The translations under genes and the position numbers were made by a program. The notes below the pieces were generated by a model. That model was not told the origin of the DNA, did not search any database, and saw only the letters and a list, made by a program, of their open reading frames with translations. A DNA stretch of 34,083 bases from a virus (taxonomy: Duplodnaviria > Caudoviricetes), in IMG/VR virus record IMGVR_UViG_3300020044_005404, positions 1 through 34,083 of that record; one strand, given 5' to 3'. Below, one piece after another: positions 21,778 through 31,814 of the stretch (its first letter is position 1; each line of letters opens with the position of its first letter).

Positions 21778-24160
21778 CATAGAGGCCAATACTCAGGGGC
21801 TTCAGTCTACAATCGATTTACTAACCAAGTTAGGAGTCGTTGAGCAGAAGGTCGCCGATGAGTTCCGTAAGACTAACGAGCAGAACGTAACGTCCTTGAA
21901 CAAGGGCGTTCAGGCTACTACCAAGGAGTTCGAGAAACTTGACAAGGCTGTCAAGGGTATCAAGGCCGACAATCAGTTGGCCAAGGGTTTGGATGCCAGT
22001 AAGGAAGTAGCCAAGACTGGTGCAAGTGTTACAAGTCTACGTAAACAATTCCAACAAGCTACCAAAGAGGTTGAACAGCTCACAGAAAAGTTTGGGGCTT
22101 TAGATGCACGTACATTGGCTGCGGCTAAACGTGCAGGAGAGTTAGGTAGTGAGATTGATAATATCAATAAGCAGATAGCGGCACTTACTCCAGAGGGTAA
22201 GTTTCAAGCCATTCAGAATCTCGGAGCATCTATTGCCGGGGTATTCCAAGTGGCTACGGGAGCGTTACAAGCGTTCGGAGTAGAGAGTGAACAGGCTACA
22301 AAGATAGCCCAACAGTTCCAAGGGGCGTTGAACATCTTCGGCGGATTGTCACAGCTATCTCAGTTAAAGGATAGTCTGACGGCGGTTAAAGGCGCATTGG
22401 GACTAACTACGGCGGCAACGGCAGGGGCAACGGGTGCTACTGAATTACAGGCGGCGGCTAATGAAAAGGCTGCTGTTAGTCAAACTGCTTTAAATACAGC
22501 AGTATTAGCTAACCCTTATGCTATTGCTTTAGCAGCTTTAGTAGCATTAACGGGAGCAATAGTATTGTTTACTCAGAACTCATCAGATGCTGCTGAAGAA
22601 CAAGAACGATTAAATAAGGCATTGACTGATGTAAATAATCAGGCTAATGAAAATGTAAGCGAACTCACTACCGGAATTCAATTACTTACACAAGAATATC
22701 AGAATGCCAATACTACTCAAGCCGAACGATTAGAAATATCACAGAAGCTAAATGAGTTAGCCCCTGAAACTATCGGATGGTTTGATGCTGAAGGCAATGC
22801 AATCGTTGACCTAACAACAAATACTCAAAATTTAATAGCCGCTAAAATCCGTCAGGCGGAAGCTGAAGTTCTTGTTAAGGAGATTGCCAAACTTAATACC
22901 GAAAATGTCAAGACGCAAAATTCAGCGCTTGAAGATAACATAAGCTTTTTTGACCAGATTACTGCTGGCTTAAAAAGTTACATTACAACAGGAAATCTAC
23001 TCAATACACAGGTAAATCTAGTTGCAACAGCTTTAGATAATAAAGGTGAAAAGCTAAAGGATAATAATTTCCTTATTGCAGGTTATACTAAACGTCTTGA
23101 AGAGCTTGGTGGTGCTAGTACAGCTTTTGCGAATACAGTAGAAAAGAATAACGAGAAGATTGACAAGAGCAATAAGAAGACTACTTTTGTACCGCCACAA
23201 ACGGAAGCAATTACTAAGGCTCCGACGGCAGCTCCTATCACTGAACTTCCGGTTCAATTACCAGAAACAAAATTAGATGTTGAGGTAAGTTATAATGTTA
23301 ACCCCGAAGCCCAAAAGGAATACGAGGCTAACGTTCAGTCAGCGAAAGATCAACTTGAAGACCTAAAGGCTTCAGTCGGTCAGTTGGCTTTAAATACCGG
23401 GTTAGACATTGCCTTTCAGCAGATAGATAAAATCTTTGAAGAGCAGCTAGACCGTGTTAATAGATTAAAGGAAGCTCAACTAGAGGCTATCACCGAAGAA
23501 GAGGAAGCCCTTACGGAAAGCTATGAGAACCGTAAGATAGGTAAGCGTGAACTCGAAGAAGAACAGGAACGGTTAGCACGTCAACGTATTGCCGCTGAAA
23601 AGAAAGCCGAAAAGGAAGTTAATGAGATAAAGAAGAAACAGGACATCGCCAACCGTGCTGCTGCCTTGTTTAACATCGGTATCAATACATGGGTAGCTAT
23701 ATCCAAGACTACCGCTGAACTTGGTGCTGTCCTTGCCGCTCCTTTGATACCACTATTGATTACCCAAGGTGCTATCCAAGCCGCTGCCGTCCTTGCTCAA
23801 CCGCTACCTAAGTACAAGAAAGGTACGCTATCCGTTGGCGGGGTTGGTTCAGAAGATAGTGAATTGGCACTCCTTCAGCCGGGTGAGGCGGTCATTCCTA
23901 CGGATACCAACCGCCGATACCATCCTGCTATTAAGGCTATCTACCACGGTAAGATAAAGGCTGATGATATCAATAACTTTGTCAACCTTAAACTCCGTGG
24001 CGACTATTCGGCATCGGACGCACGCCCGGTAACGGCAAAGATGGACACATCCGACCTGTATGCACTGGGACGGATAATGAAGAAGAACGATGGCGTTTAT
24101 GTGAGGAACATAGGCGAATTAGCCGCTTTGATTACTGACAGTTATAATCCAAGAAGATAG
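21755..24160 (+). CDS. Tail tape measure protein
   Basis: 801 aa, Ala/Gln/Leu-rich helical protein with hydrophobic segments and a C-terminal KYKKG...L.PGEAVIP motif. Confidence 0.88.
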   Translation: MAETVVINIEANTQGLQSTIDLLTKLGVVEQKVADEFRKTNEQNVTSLNKGVQATTKEFEKLDKAVKGIKADNQLAKGLDASKEVAKTGASVTSLRKQFQQATKEVEQLTEKFGALDARTLAAAKRAGELGSEIDNINKQIAALTPEGKFQAIQNLGASIAGVFQVATGALQAFGVESEQATKIAQQFQGALNIFGGLSQLSQLKDSLTAVKGALGLTTAATAGATGATELQAAANEKAAVSQTALNTAVLANPYAIALAALVALTGAIVLFTQNSSDAAEEQERLNKALTDVNNQANENVSELTTGIQLLTQEYQNANTTQAERLEISQKLNELAPETIGWFDAEGNAIVDLTTNTQNLIAAKIRQAEAEVLVKEIAKLNTENVKTQNSALEDNISFFDQITAGLKSYITTGNLLNTQVNLVATALDNKGEKLKDNNFLIAGYTKRLEELGGASTAFANTVEKNNEKIDKSNKKTTFVPPQTEAITKAPTAAPITELPVQLPETKLDVEVSYNVNPEAQKEYEANVQSAKDQLEDLKASVGQLALNTGLDIAFQQIDKIFEEQLDRVNRLKEAQLEAITEEEEALTESYENRKIGKRELEEEQERLARQRIAAEKKAEKEVNEIKKKQDIANRAAALFNIGINTWVAISKTTAELGAVLAAPLIPLLITQGAIQAAAVLAQPLPKYKKGTLSVGGVGSEDSELALLQPGEAVIPTDTNRRYHPAIKAIYHGKIKADDINNFVNLKLRGDYSASDARPVTAKMDTSDLYALGRIMKKNDGVYVRNIGELAALITDSYNPRR

Positions 24161-26127
24161 TGTTTAGGTTCTTTTTAAACGGTACTGAGATAACGGACCA
24201 GCCCGAAGGATGGGACGGCATGACTAGTAGCATCAAGCGTGATGACCTTACGGGTGGTCTTATCTTCGATGCTGACATCAAGTTCAAGAGCTACGGCGGA
24301 CAGGACTTGTATGTGGCTCTAAAGACGGCATGGGATGCCGATAAGTTTGGCAAGTCGACACTGGATATCTTTCAGCGGTCGGGTACTGCCGGTTACGTTC
24401 TTATCCATGCCGGAACTATTTTCCATAGCGACCTTAAATGGAAACTCATTAACAATGCTGTCGAGTTCAAGGTCGAGGATGCTTCGTTCTATTCCAAGAT
24501 TAACGCTAACAAGTCAGTGGAGTCTAACGTGGATGTTACGTTAAGCAAGAACCTAGTACCGATTACCGCCCCGACATTCTTTCAACTTGAATGTCATAAG
24601 GTTTCCAACGGTACTTACTATGCCCAAAAGAGATACGCTTACAAGCTATACGATGTCATAAAGTATTACATCGACTTTATGTCGGACGGTACGATAGGCT
24701 TTGAGTCGGATTGCTTTGGCGTTGGCGGTATCTACGAAGGTTATTGTTTGGTCGATGGGAAAGAACTATACGACCATCTTCATATAACTAGTCCTCGATT
24801 GAGTTTCCAGAAGTTATTCGAGGACTTACGTAAGCGTTTTAACGTAAGGTTCAGCATGGTTGGAAGCATTACGAGTCCTATCATGAAGCTCGAACCCAAT
24901 GCTTTTTGGTTTGAGTCAGCCGATGTATACACTATTCCAGAACCGCCTGATGAGGTGGTTATGAATGTCAACCAATCGTTGCTTTACGCCAATGTCAAGG
25001 TAGGCTCTGAAAAGTATGAGACCACATCGGCCATGACGTTTCCTGACGTTCAGTCTTTGGTGGCCTTCCGTGAGGAAACCTTCCACTTTGAAGGAACGAA
25101 TAACGTAGACAATACGCTAGACCTTGTAGGCTCTTTGGTTATCTCCAATAGCTCTATCGACCTTTGTTTGGAACTACTTTCGGGATATGATTCTTATAAT
25201 GAAGACGTATTCCTTATCCATTACGATACTGTTACCAATAGGACTATAAGTTCCGACTGGTTAGGTCTTGGTCACCATTTCTATAATGAGACGCTTAATA
25301 ACGTCAACATCCTGAACCGTTGGTCGGATAGCTTACCCAATAACATTATCGCCAACTTTGCCAATACGAATGATAACCGCTTTGAGGCTATAATGACAAA
25401 TGTATCTATTCAACCAATTATAAATGTTGGTGGTGGTATGGGTGACGTAATAGGAGGTCCATTGAGATTTGACGATGATTATACTTTGGGAAATGACCTT
25501 GGAGAAAACTATGGAGGTTCAACGGCACAAGGATCACCAGTTAGTCAGGCTAATAGTATATATACTGCATCAGTTAATGGAAGATATACATTTACAGCTC
25601 AAATATTACTAGCTTATACTGGAAGCAATATTAGAACAACTAGAGCGCAAGTTTATTTTCAAAAGTTTGACAGCACAAATAATCAAATAGATGATTTTTA
25701 TGCTGGACGTATTTTTTTGACAGCTGATGGCAATTATTCTTTTTCTGGTAGTTGGACAACTTATATGTTAGCAACTGAATATGTTGCAGTGTATATTAAT
25801 TTTGGTGGTAGTGTAGGTTTCCCATATAATTTTACCTATCAAATACTACCATTCCAGACAAAGTTTAGATGTGATGCTATTAACTTGGGTGGTGGGGTGC
25901 TATCGGCGGTGAATCCTGAAGCCTATAAGTGTGTGAAAATGGATTTCAAGTACCCGATGACACTTTCTGACTATCAGTCAATTAGAGCATCGAAAAGTGG
26001 AATAATTGAAGTACCTTTGTTAAATAATCAGTCTATCCGTGGATGGATAGAAAATGTAAAATTCGACCACTACGGTGGGGAAACATCATTTTCGTTAGTT
26101 ACCGATGGCAATACAATTTATAGATAA
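24160..26127 (+). CDS. Tail tip/hub protein with inserted C1q-like domain
   Basis: Follows the TMP; GTG start; IYTASVNGRYTFTAQI resembles the C1q/TNF FTAP..G.Y.F motif. Confidence 0.6.
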   Translation: MFRFFLNGTEITDQPEGWDGMTSSIKRDDLTGGLIFDADIKFKSYGGQDLYVALKTAWDADKFGKSTLDIFQRSGTAGYVLIHAGTIFHSDLKWKLINNAVEFKVEDASFYSKINANKSVESNVDVTLSKNLVPITAPTFFQLECHKVSNGTYYAQKRYAYKLYDVIKYYIDFMSDGTIGFESDCFGVGGIYEGYCLVDGKELYDHLHITSPRLSFQKLFEDLRKRFNVRFSMVGSITSPIMKLEPNAFWFESADVYTIPEPPDEVVMNVNQSLLYANVKVGSEKYETTSAMTFPDVQSLVAFREETFHFEGTNNVDNTLDLVGSLVISNSSIDLCLELLSGYDSYNEDVFLIHYDTVTNRTISSDWLGLGHHFYNETLNNVNILNRWSDSLPNNIIANFANTNDNRFEAIMTNVSIQPIINVGGGMGDVIGGPLRFDDDYTLGNDLGENYGGSTAQGSPVSQANSIYTASVNGRYTFTAQILLAYTGSNIRTTRAQVYFQKFDSTNNQIDDFYAGRIFLTADGNYSFSGSWTTYMLATEYVAVYINFGGSVGFPYNFTYQILPFQTKFRCDAINLGGGVLSAVNPEAYKCVKMDFKYPMTLSDYQSIRASKSGIIEVPLLNNQSIRGWIENVKFDHYGGETSFSLVTDGNTIYR

Positions 26128-28078
26128 TCAGCCGCTTACTTGGCGTACCGACTGGCCTACCGATAGCGACTGTAAAACGCCATACGATAGAGCTTGTACA
26201 CTCTATACCACTAACGACTACATCATGTCGCAATGGAAGCAGACTCCTTGTGGTGCAGGTACTAATGAAATTTGCGACCCTACTTTCCCCAATACCAATT
26301 CCGAGTTAGTCACCAACGGTAGCTTTACTACTAACTCAACAGGATGGACACTAGTGGGATGCACACGGGATGCCACTAACAAGCGTATTCAGTTTGCCTC
26401 ACAAAGTGAGTCCCTTGAACAGACAGGGGTAGTGAGTGCAGGGGTGACCTATGACGTTACCTTTACCATCGGTGGCAATAACCGTACATCGCTGAAGTTA
26501 TACCTTGGCGGTACGCTTCACCCTACCTACTTCAACGCACCGGGAACTTATCGGGTGACTATGGTTGCCGGTGGTAGTAATACTAAGATACGTTTTGAGA
26601 ATTACCTACTTCCACCTGCTTACAACGGATGGATAGATGATATCAGCGTTAAGCAGAACTCATGGAGTGGCGGATGTTGGAATACGGCTAACCCTACGCT
26701 ATGGCTTAACAATGGTGACGGAACTGTAACCAAAGTACCGGGAACGGCTTCAGACCTTATCAGTACTGTCAATACCTTACCGTTAGGGGCTTACGTTCGT
26801 ATCGGTATATCAGTAACTAACCAGACGGCGGGTTCTTTAGAGATTGTCACCGATAGTAATAAGGGAACGATAACAGCCAACGGAACGTATTACTTTTACG
26901 ATGACGATTACAATAACGATATGGTCACTCTTTCGGCGGATGCTGACTTTGACGGGACTATATCTAACGTATCGCTTATCGTTTATTCCAACTACTTTAA
27001 TGTTATACTAAAAGATACCAAAGGAGCTACGGATTACGACCTTAGTAGCTATCTGACTTATGATGAAGACTGGGTGACACTTAACTACCAACTTGGTAGT
27101 GTTGACCCCGGCTGTTATGAGCTTTGTTTCTATGATGCCTGTGGATATAGTGTTAATCAAGAACTGATTTCAGATACTGGCTTTACTCAAGCCATCGGCG
27201 GAGCGGCATGGCCTTCATCCGTTACGACATCGGGTAGCATAGCCATCACGGGCGGTGAGCTTGTGGTAACGCAGTCGGGCATACCTTTGACAGCTTATGT
27301 AGAGGCTAACCCAATCACATGGCAGTCTTTTAACGGCAATACCCTAACGGTTATTGATTACGACTTTACTACATCTACAGTTCAATATACTGGCTTTACC
27401 CGTATTCAGATTTACGATAGTGCAACGGGCTTTGAGCTAACATTGGTAACAAGTCCGGCAGCGGGAACGCAATACCAAGGTACTGTCAGTTGGCCTTATG
27501 CCATCGGCAATACCTCTAAGCTAGCCATCCGTATCCAGTCTACAGGAGTAGCGGGTACTAAGATAGAGCTGACGGATATGTCGCTTATCGTTCAGGCTTA
27601 CGTGCCGGGACAAATGGATGAGTATTGCTCTAACTGCGTAGAGATTACTGATGATGCAGGATGCTCGGTATGGGTAGGCGGTTCTAACGGCTCGGATGCT
27701 TTCGGCTTCCACTTCGCCAATAGCTTCCAAGTAGGTGCAAGGGTTCGTGCTATGCTTATCAATCCTAAATATCAGGGAGAAAATAACCGCTATGCAGATG
27801 CCAACGGAAAGTACACGGTCACAAGAGCAAATACGGGAAAGGTCTACACGCTCTTTATCGATTATACGGATGAGCATACTCACGATTGGTTACGGGTGGC
27901 CGTACTGTCTGACACTGTACGAATCGGATCATTCACCAACACCAATAACTACTACACCGCTCTTGACGGTGGATACGAACCAGAGTGGCCGGACGCTATA
28001 GGTAACTGGCCATCGGCACAGGCCCGTATCGATGTTCAGAAGCAAACGGACGAACTATATAATAACAATGCAGGATAA
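26105..28078 (+). CDS. Tail protein with carbohydrate-binding-module-like domains
   Basis: ELVTNGSFT....GW...IDDISVK, DFDGTISNVSL and ELISDTGF...W resemble repeated CBM4/9-like jelly rolls. Confidence 0.65.
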   Translation: MAIQFIDNQPLTWRTDWPTDSDCKTPYDRACTLYTTNDYIMSQWKQTPCGAGTNEICDPTFPNTNSELVTNGSFTTNSTGWTLVGCTRDATNKRIQFASQSESLEQTGVVSAGVTYDVTFTIGGNNRTSLKLYLGGTLHPTYFNAPGTYRVTMVAGGSNTKIRFENYLLPPAYNGWIDDISVKQNSWSGGCWNTANPTLWLNNGDGTVTKVPGTASDLISTVNTLPLGAYVRIGISVTNQTAGSLEIVTDSNKGTITANGTYYFYDDDYNNDMVTLSADADFDGTISNVSLIVYSNYFNVILKDTKGATDYDLSSYLTYDEDWVTLNYQLGSVDPGCYELCFYDACGYSVNQELISDTGFTQAIGGAAWPSSVTTSGSIAITGGELVVTQSGIPLTAYVEANPITWQSFNGNTLTVIDYDFTTSTVQYTGFTRIQIYDSATGFELTLVTSPAAGTQYQGTVSWPYAIGNTSKLAIRIQSTGVAGTKIELTDMSLIVQAYVPGQMDEYCSNCVEITDDAGCSVWVGGSNGSDAFGFHFANSFQVGARVRAMLINPKYQGENNRYADANGKYTVTRANTGKVYTLFIDYTDEHTHDWLRVAVLSDTVRIGSFTNTNNYYTALDGGYEPEWPDAIGNWPSAQARIDVQKQTDELYNNNAG

Positions 28079-28913
28079 AAGAGGCATACTCTTATTGGCT
28101 ACGGGTCACCCGTATTACGCTCACATGGCGGTCAACTTGCTCGTTAGCTTACGGAGCTTCGAGCCTGAACTGCCCGTGGCTATCCTGCATGACGGTCAAG
28201 GGTTCAAACTATTGGAAGGATGGCAACAGGACTACTTCACCAAAGCCATCGAGCTACCGGCAAAGCTCACGGGTGGTGACCCGTATCGGGTAAAGTTGCA
28301 TCTGGATGAATTGACACCGTTTGAACAAACTATGTTCATGGATGTCGATATGCTTTGGAATAATTTCCACACCCCGATGGACCTATTCAATGACCTTGAT
28401 GGTATCGAGTTCACCATGATTAACAGAGGTCGGGTGTCATCGGCTGACAGCACGTTGAGCCGTTGGGTGAACCTTTCCGAAGTTGGAGACGCTTACAAGC
28501 TCGATGAGTTCTACGATATTAGCAGTGAGATAATTTACTTTGAAGGTAAGGCTAAAGTCTTTGCTGAGGCGAGAAAAGTATATAGCAAGCCAAAGGTCAA
28601 GGTATCGGAGTTTGGCTCTGGACTTCCCGATGAGGCTTTCTTCATGATTGCCATCGAGAAACTAGGCATTAAGCTTCATGAGTCACCATGGGAACCATCG
28701 TACTGGGAGCCACGGTACTTCCCGAAACAGCATAACCGTAGCCACGTGACTAGTTTCTATGCCCTTTCTGTTGGCGGTGCTTTCACCTCTAATCACATCA
28801 AAAAGATATACGACAGCCTTTGCAGTCACTATTATAGCTCTTTGGGTATCGCTTCCAAGCCTTACCAATTACAAAATAAAAGCCGAATAATTAAAGAACG
28901 TAGGAAAATCTAA
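28068..28913 (+). CDS. Glycosyltransferase (GT-A fold, GT8/GT71-like)
   Basis: RGILLLA, SLR....LPV, K......PFEQTMFMDVD (DxD), PDE..F..A. Start moved to ATG 28068. Confidence 0.8.
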   Translation: MQDKRGILLLATGHPYYAHMAVNLLVSLRSFEPELPVAILHDGQGFKLLEGWQQDYFTKAIELPAKLTGGDPYRVKLHLDELTPFEQTMFMDVDMLWNNFHTPMDLFNDLDGIEFTMINRGRVSSADSTLSRWVNLSEVGDAYKLDEFYDISSEIIYFEGKAKVFAEARKVYSKPKVKVSEFGSGLPDEAFFMIAIEKLGIKLHESPWEPSYWEPRYFPKQHNRSHVTSFYALSVGGAFTSNHIKKIYDSLCSHYYSSLGIASKPYQLQNKSRIIKERRKI

Positions 28914-30664
28914 TGGCTATCATCGACATCAGCCAATACCACACGGGTGGTAAACGTCATCAGTTTTATGCTGAAACGGTTAAGCAATATCATTCTATTA
29001 AGACCCACGCCCTTGGTGAGTTCCCCAAGGAGCTGATTTCCGAACGCCGTCCCGGTGAGTCGGAGACCATCAAGCGGTATCGGGAAAAGATATACGTACC
29101 AAAGACTCAGGCGGCGGTTACTAAGATATTCAACAGCCTTCAGAAGATACGTAAGTCAACCGACTATCTGATAACCTTTAACGAGACGGTAGTACCGCCA
29201 ATGGTTATCCGTGAGGAACGGCCATCGTATTACATGACCGATGAGTTCCCCAAGTATCGCTCTTTGGATAACTGGTTCTGGTCCGTAGCCTTTAATCAAT
29301 ACTTGATGGATGCTAACGCTGTCATCATGGTAGCACCTCTGAACGTGGTTAAGGAGTCCAATGAATACTTTAAACCGTATCCTATGCTGTTCAATAGTCC
29401 GCAGGTATTGGACTATGTTCATGGACAGTACGCCGTTCTTAAGTCCATCGAGGAAAGCACCTACCGTAGCGGCAACCGCAACTACAAAGGGGCGGTTTAC
29501 TATTCTGTTGACCGTGAGTCCATTGTCAAGTATGAGCAGATAAACGCCAAGGGAGACTTTTCCGCTACTGAGTTCCTGCATGGTTTGGGTTACAGCCCGT
29601 GCCTAAAGACCTTTGGTATTATCCTTCAGGATGGCGTGGATGATGCGCTGTATTCTAGCCGTATCGCTCCTGTCGTTCCGTCCCTTAACGAAGCGGCAAG
29701 GGAGTGGAGTGACTTACAGGCTGAAGTGGTTCAGCATATCCACAGCACCATGTGGGCCATTCAGGGTAAGGAATGTAATGCCTGCCATGGTACTGGAGTC
29801 CTACCTAAAGCGGGTGCCAGTCCGATTGAATGTCACGACTGTAACGGCAAAGGGTTCTTTCCGTTCAATCCTTACGAACACATTACAGTTAAGCAGTCAT
29901 CTTTAGGAGACCCTACTACTCCTATCCCCCCTGCCGGGTATCTTACAAAGCCTATTGATATTGCCAAACTGCAAGACCAGCGGGTTCATGACCATATCTA
30001 CCACGCTCTGTCATCGCTGAACATGGAGTTCCTTGCAGCTGTTCCTTTGTCACAATCGGGGACGGCTAAAGAGGTTGACCGTGCAGAGCTGAATAACTTC
30101 GTTTATTCTATCGCTGAAGATTGCGTCCGTATCTTGGATGAGATTGCTGAAATGGTTATCGACTATCGCTATGGCGGTATCGTTCCTGACTATGAAAGCC
30201 GTGAGCAGTTACGTCCTAGTATCACCGTTCCTGAAAAGTACGACATCCTTCCTGAAGGTTACTTGGTGGATGAGATTGCTAAACTGCGTACAAGTAAAGT
30301 TAGTCCTTTGATTGTCAACGCCGCTGAGTTGGAGTATGCTAGTAAGAAGTTCAATACCAATAAGAAGATAAAGGAGCGGTTACAAGACATCTACGCTCTT
30401 GATCCGTTGGCAGGTATGAACATCGAAGAGATATTGGTAGCGGTTTCCAATAACGCCATAAGTAAAAAGACCTATATCATTCACAGTAATATCCGTGAGT
30501 TCGTGGATATGGCGCATGAAGATGACTCTGAGTTCTACCAGTTACCGATGATGGATAAAAAGGCTGTCATCAGTGCTATGGCGGATGCGTGGATAATGGA
30601 AGAACGTCCTAGAAATATCATGGACGGTTCTGAAGGCATGGGTAACATCAGCATTGGAGTTTAA
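28913..30664 (+). CDS. Portal protein with inserted DnaJ-type zinc finger
   Basis: 583 aa, upstream of the minor head gene; QSGTAKEVD portal-type motif; CNACHGTG...CHDCNGKG. Confidence 0.82.
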   Translation: MAIIDISQYHTGGKRHQFYAETVKQYHSIKTHALGEFPKELISERRPGESETIKRYREKIYVPKTQAAVTKIFNSLQKIRKSTDYLITFNETVVPPMVIREERPSYYMTDEFPKYRSLDNWFWSVAFNQYLMDANAVIMVAPLNVVKESNEYFKPYPMLFNSPQVLDYVHGQYAVLKSIEESTYRSGNRNYKGAVYYSVDRESIVKYEQINAKGDFSATEFLHGLGYSPCLKTFGIILQDGVDDALYSSRIAPVVPSLNEAAREWSDLQAEVVQHIHSTMWAIQGKECNACHGTGVLPKAGASPIECHDCNGKGFFPFNPYEHITVKQSSLGDPTTPIPPAGYLTKPIDIAKLQDQRVHDHIYHALSSLNMEFLAAVPLSQSGTAKEVDRAELNNFVYSIAEDCVRILDEIAEMVIDYRYGGIVPDYESREQLRPSITVPEKYDILPEGYLVDEIAKLRTSKVSPLIVNAAELEYASKKFNTNKKIKERLQDIYALDPLAGMNIEEILVAVSNNAISKKTYIIHSNIREFVDMAHEDDSEFYQLPMMDKKAVISAMADAWIMEERPRNIMDGSEGMGNISIGV

Positions 30665-31566
30665 TGGCGTTAGACGACTTAAATAAGATTGTCCGTACCC
30701 TTGACGGCTCTGTCGAAGAGTTCGTCAAGGACCTGCCACTATCCGAGCAAAAGATATGGCAGAAGGTTCTTTCCTTAACCCGTCAGCTTGACGTTGACGG
30801 CATGGGTAAGGTGACTAATAACGTCAATAACTTGCGTATCCTTAATGACATCAATAAGGAAATAAACGGCATCGTTCTGACGGATGAGTATAAGCAAAAG
30901 GTCGAGAGGTTTACCAATGTATTTGCCGACCTAGAGACGCTTAATAACAAGTATCTGTCATCCGTATTTACCCAGTTCAAGCCATCACGGGTCCTAAAGG
31001 AGTTGACAAAGGTGTCAATAGACATTACTATTGACCAACTTCAGGAAACGGGAGTAGCTTCATCACTGGCATCGGAGCTAAAGGATATCCTAAAGCAGAA
31101 CATCACTACGGGTGGTAACTATGCTGACATGACCGAACAGCTACGTACTAGCATCCTTGGAGACCCTCAAACGCCGGGCGGTCTTACCCGCTACGCCCGT
31201 ACCTTTACTACGGATGCTATCAATCAGTATTCAGCTACCTATACTAAGACGGTAGCTTCCGACTTGGGTGCTGTATGGTACCGCTATACCGGCTCAAACA
31301 TGGAGACCACCCGACCGTTCTGCGAGCATCTCACTAAAAAGGATGGCGGTTACTTCCATGTCAATGAAATACCGGGATTTCTTAAGGGTCAAGTGGGGGA
31401 TCAGAAAGTTCCTATCTATGCTAAGTACAATCTGCCACAGGGCATGAATGAGAATACCACAGCAGATAACTTCCTTGTATTACGGGGTGGCTATAACTGC
31501 GGACATCAGATATTCCCAGTCTCCAAAGCATCCGTTCCACCTTCGCTACGGGCTAGGTTCGAGTAG
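30664..31566 (+). CDS. Minor head protein (SPP1 gp7/Mu gpF-like)
   Basis: WYRY.G, TRPFC and GGYNCGH motifs; follows the portal. Confidence 0.8.
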   Translation: MALDDLNKIVRTLDGSVEEFVKDLPLSEQKIWQKVLSLTRQLDVDGMGKVTNNVNNLRILNDINKEINGIVLTDEYKQKVERFTNVFADLETLNNKYLSSVFTQFKPSRVLKELTKVSIDITIDQLQETGVASSLASELKDILKQNITTGGNYADMTEQLRTSILGDPQTPGGLTRYARTFTTDAINQYSATYTKTVASDLGAVWYRYTGSNMETTRPFCEHLTKKDGGYFHVNEIPGFLKGQVGDQKVPIYAKYNLPQGMNENTTADNFLVLRGGYNCGHQIFPVSKASVPPSLRARFE

Positions 31567-31727
31567 TTCCATTCACGGATAATCCTATCGATTATCTGTT
31601 GGCGACCTCTGAACTTTCCTTTCTTAAGTAGTTTGGATTGCTCTTCAAAGATGATAGCGGCGACTTCATCGCACATCTTATAGGTGAAGGCATGGCAGTC
31701 GTAGGCACTACGGTTCTTTAGTTTCAT
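31506..31727 (-). CDS. Small putative DNA-binding regulator (ribbon-helix-helix-like); only credible minus-strand gene
   Basis: MKLKNRSAY...FTYKMCDEVAAII...QQIIDRIIREW shows a strand-helix-helix pattern. Fills an otherwise empty gap and has its own TAnnTTTG box. Confidence 0.55.
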   Translation of the reverse strand: MKLKNRSAYDCHAFTYKMCDEVAAIIFEEQSKLLKKGKFRGRQQIIDRIIREWNYSNLARSEGGTDALETGNI

Positions 31728-31728
31728 G

Positions 31729-31794
31729 TTGTATAGGTTATACAAATATAAGTTTATAAAGTCTTATTTCCTACGCTTTTAGGTTTGACCTTTG
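31729..31794. promoter_or_regulatory. Divergent promoter region with operator-like palindrome
   Basis: TTGTATA-ggt-TATACAA (31729-31745); minus-strand TATATTTG (31750-31743); plus-strand TAGGTTTG (31780-31787) before the scaffold gene. Confidence 0.55.
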
Positions 31795-31814
31795 TAACTT
31801 AAACTGGCTAACTT

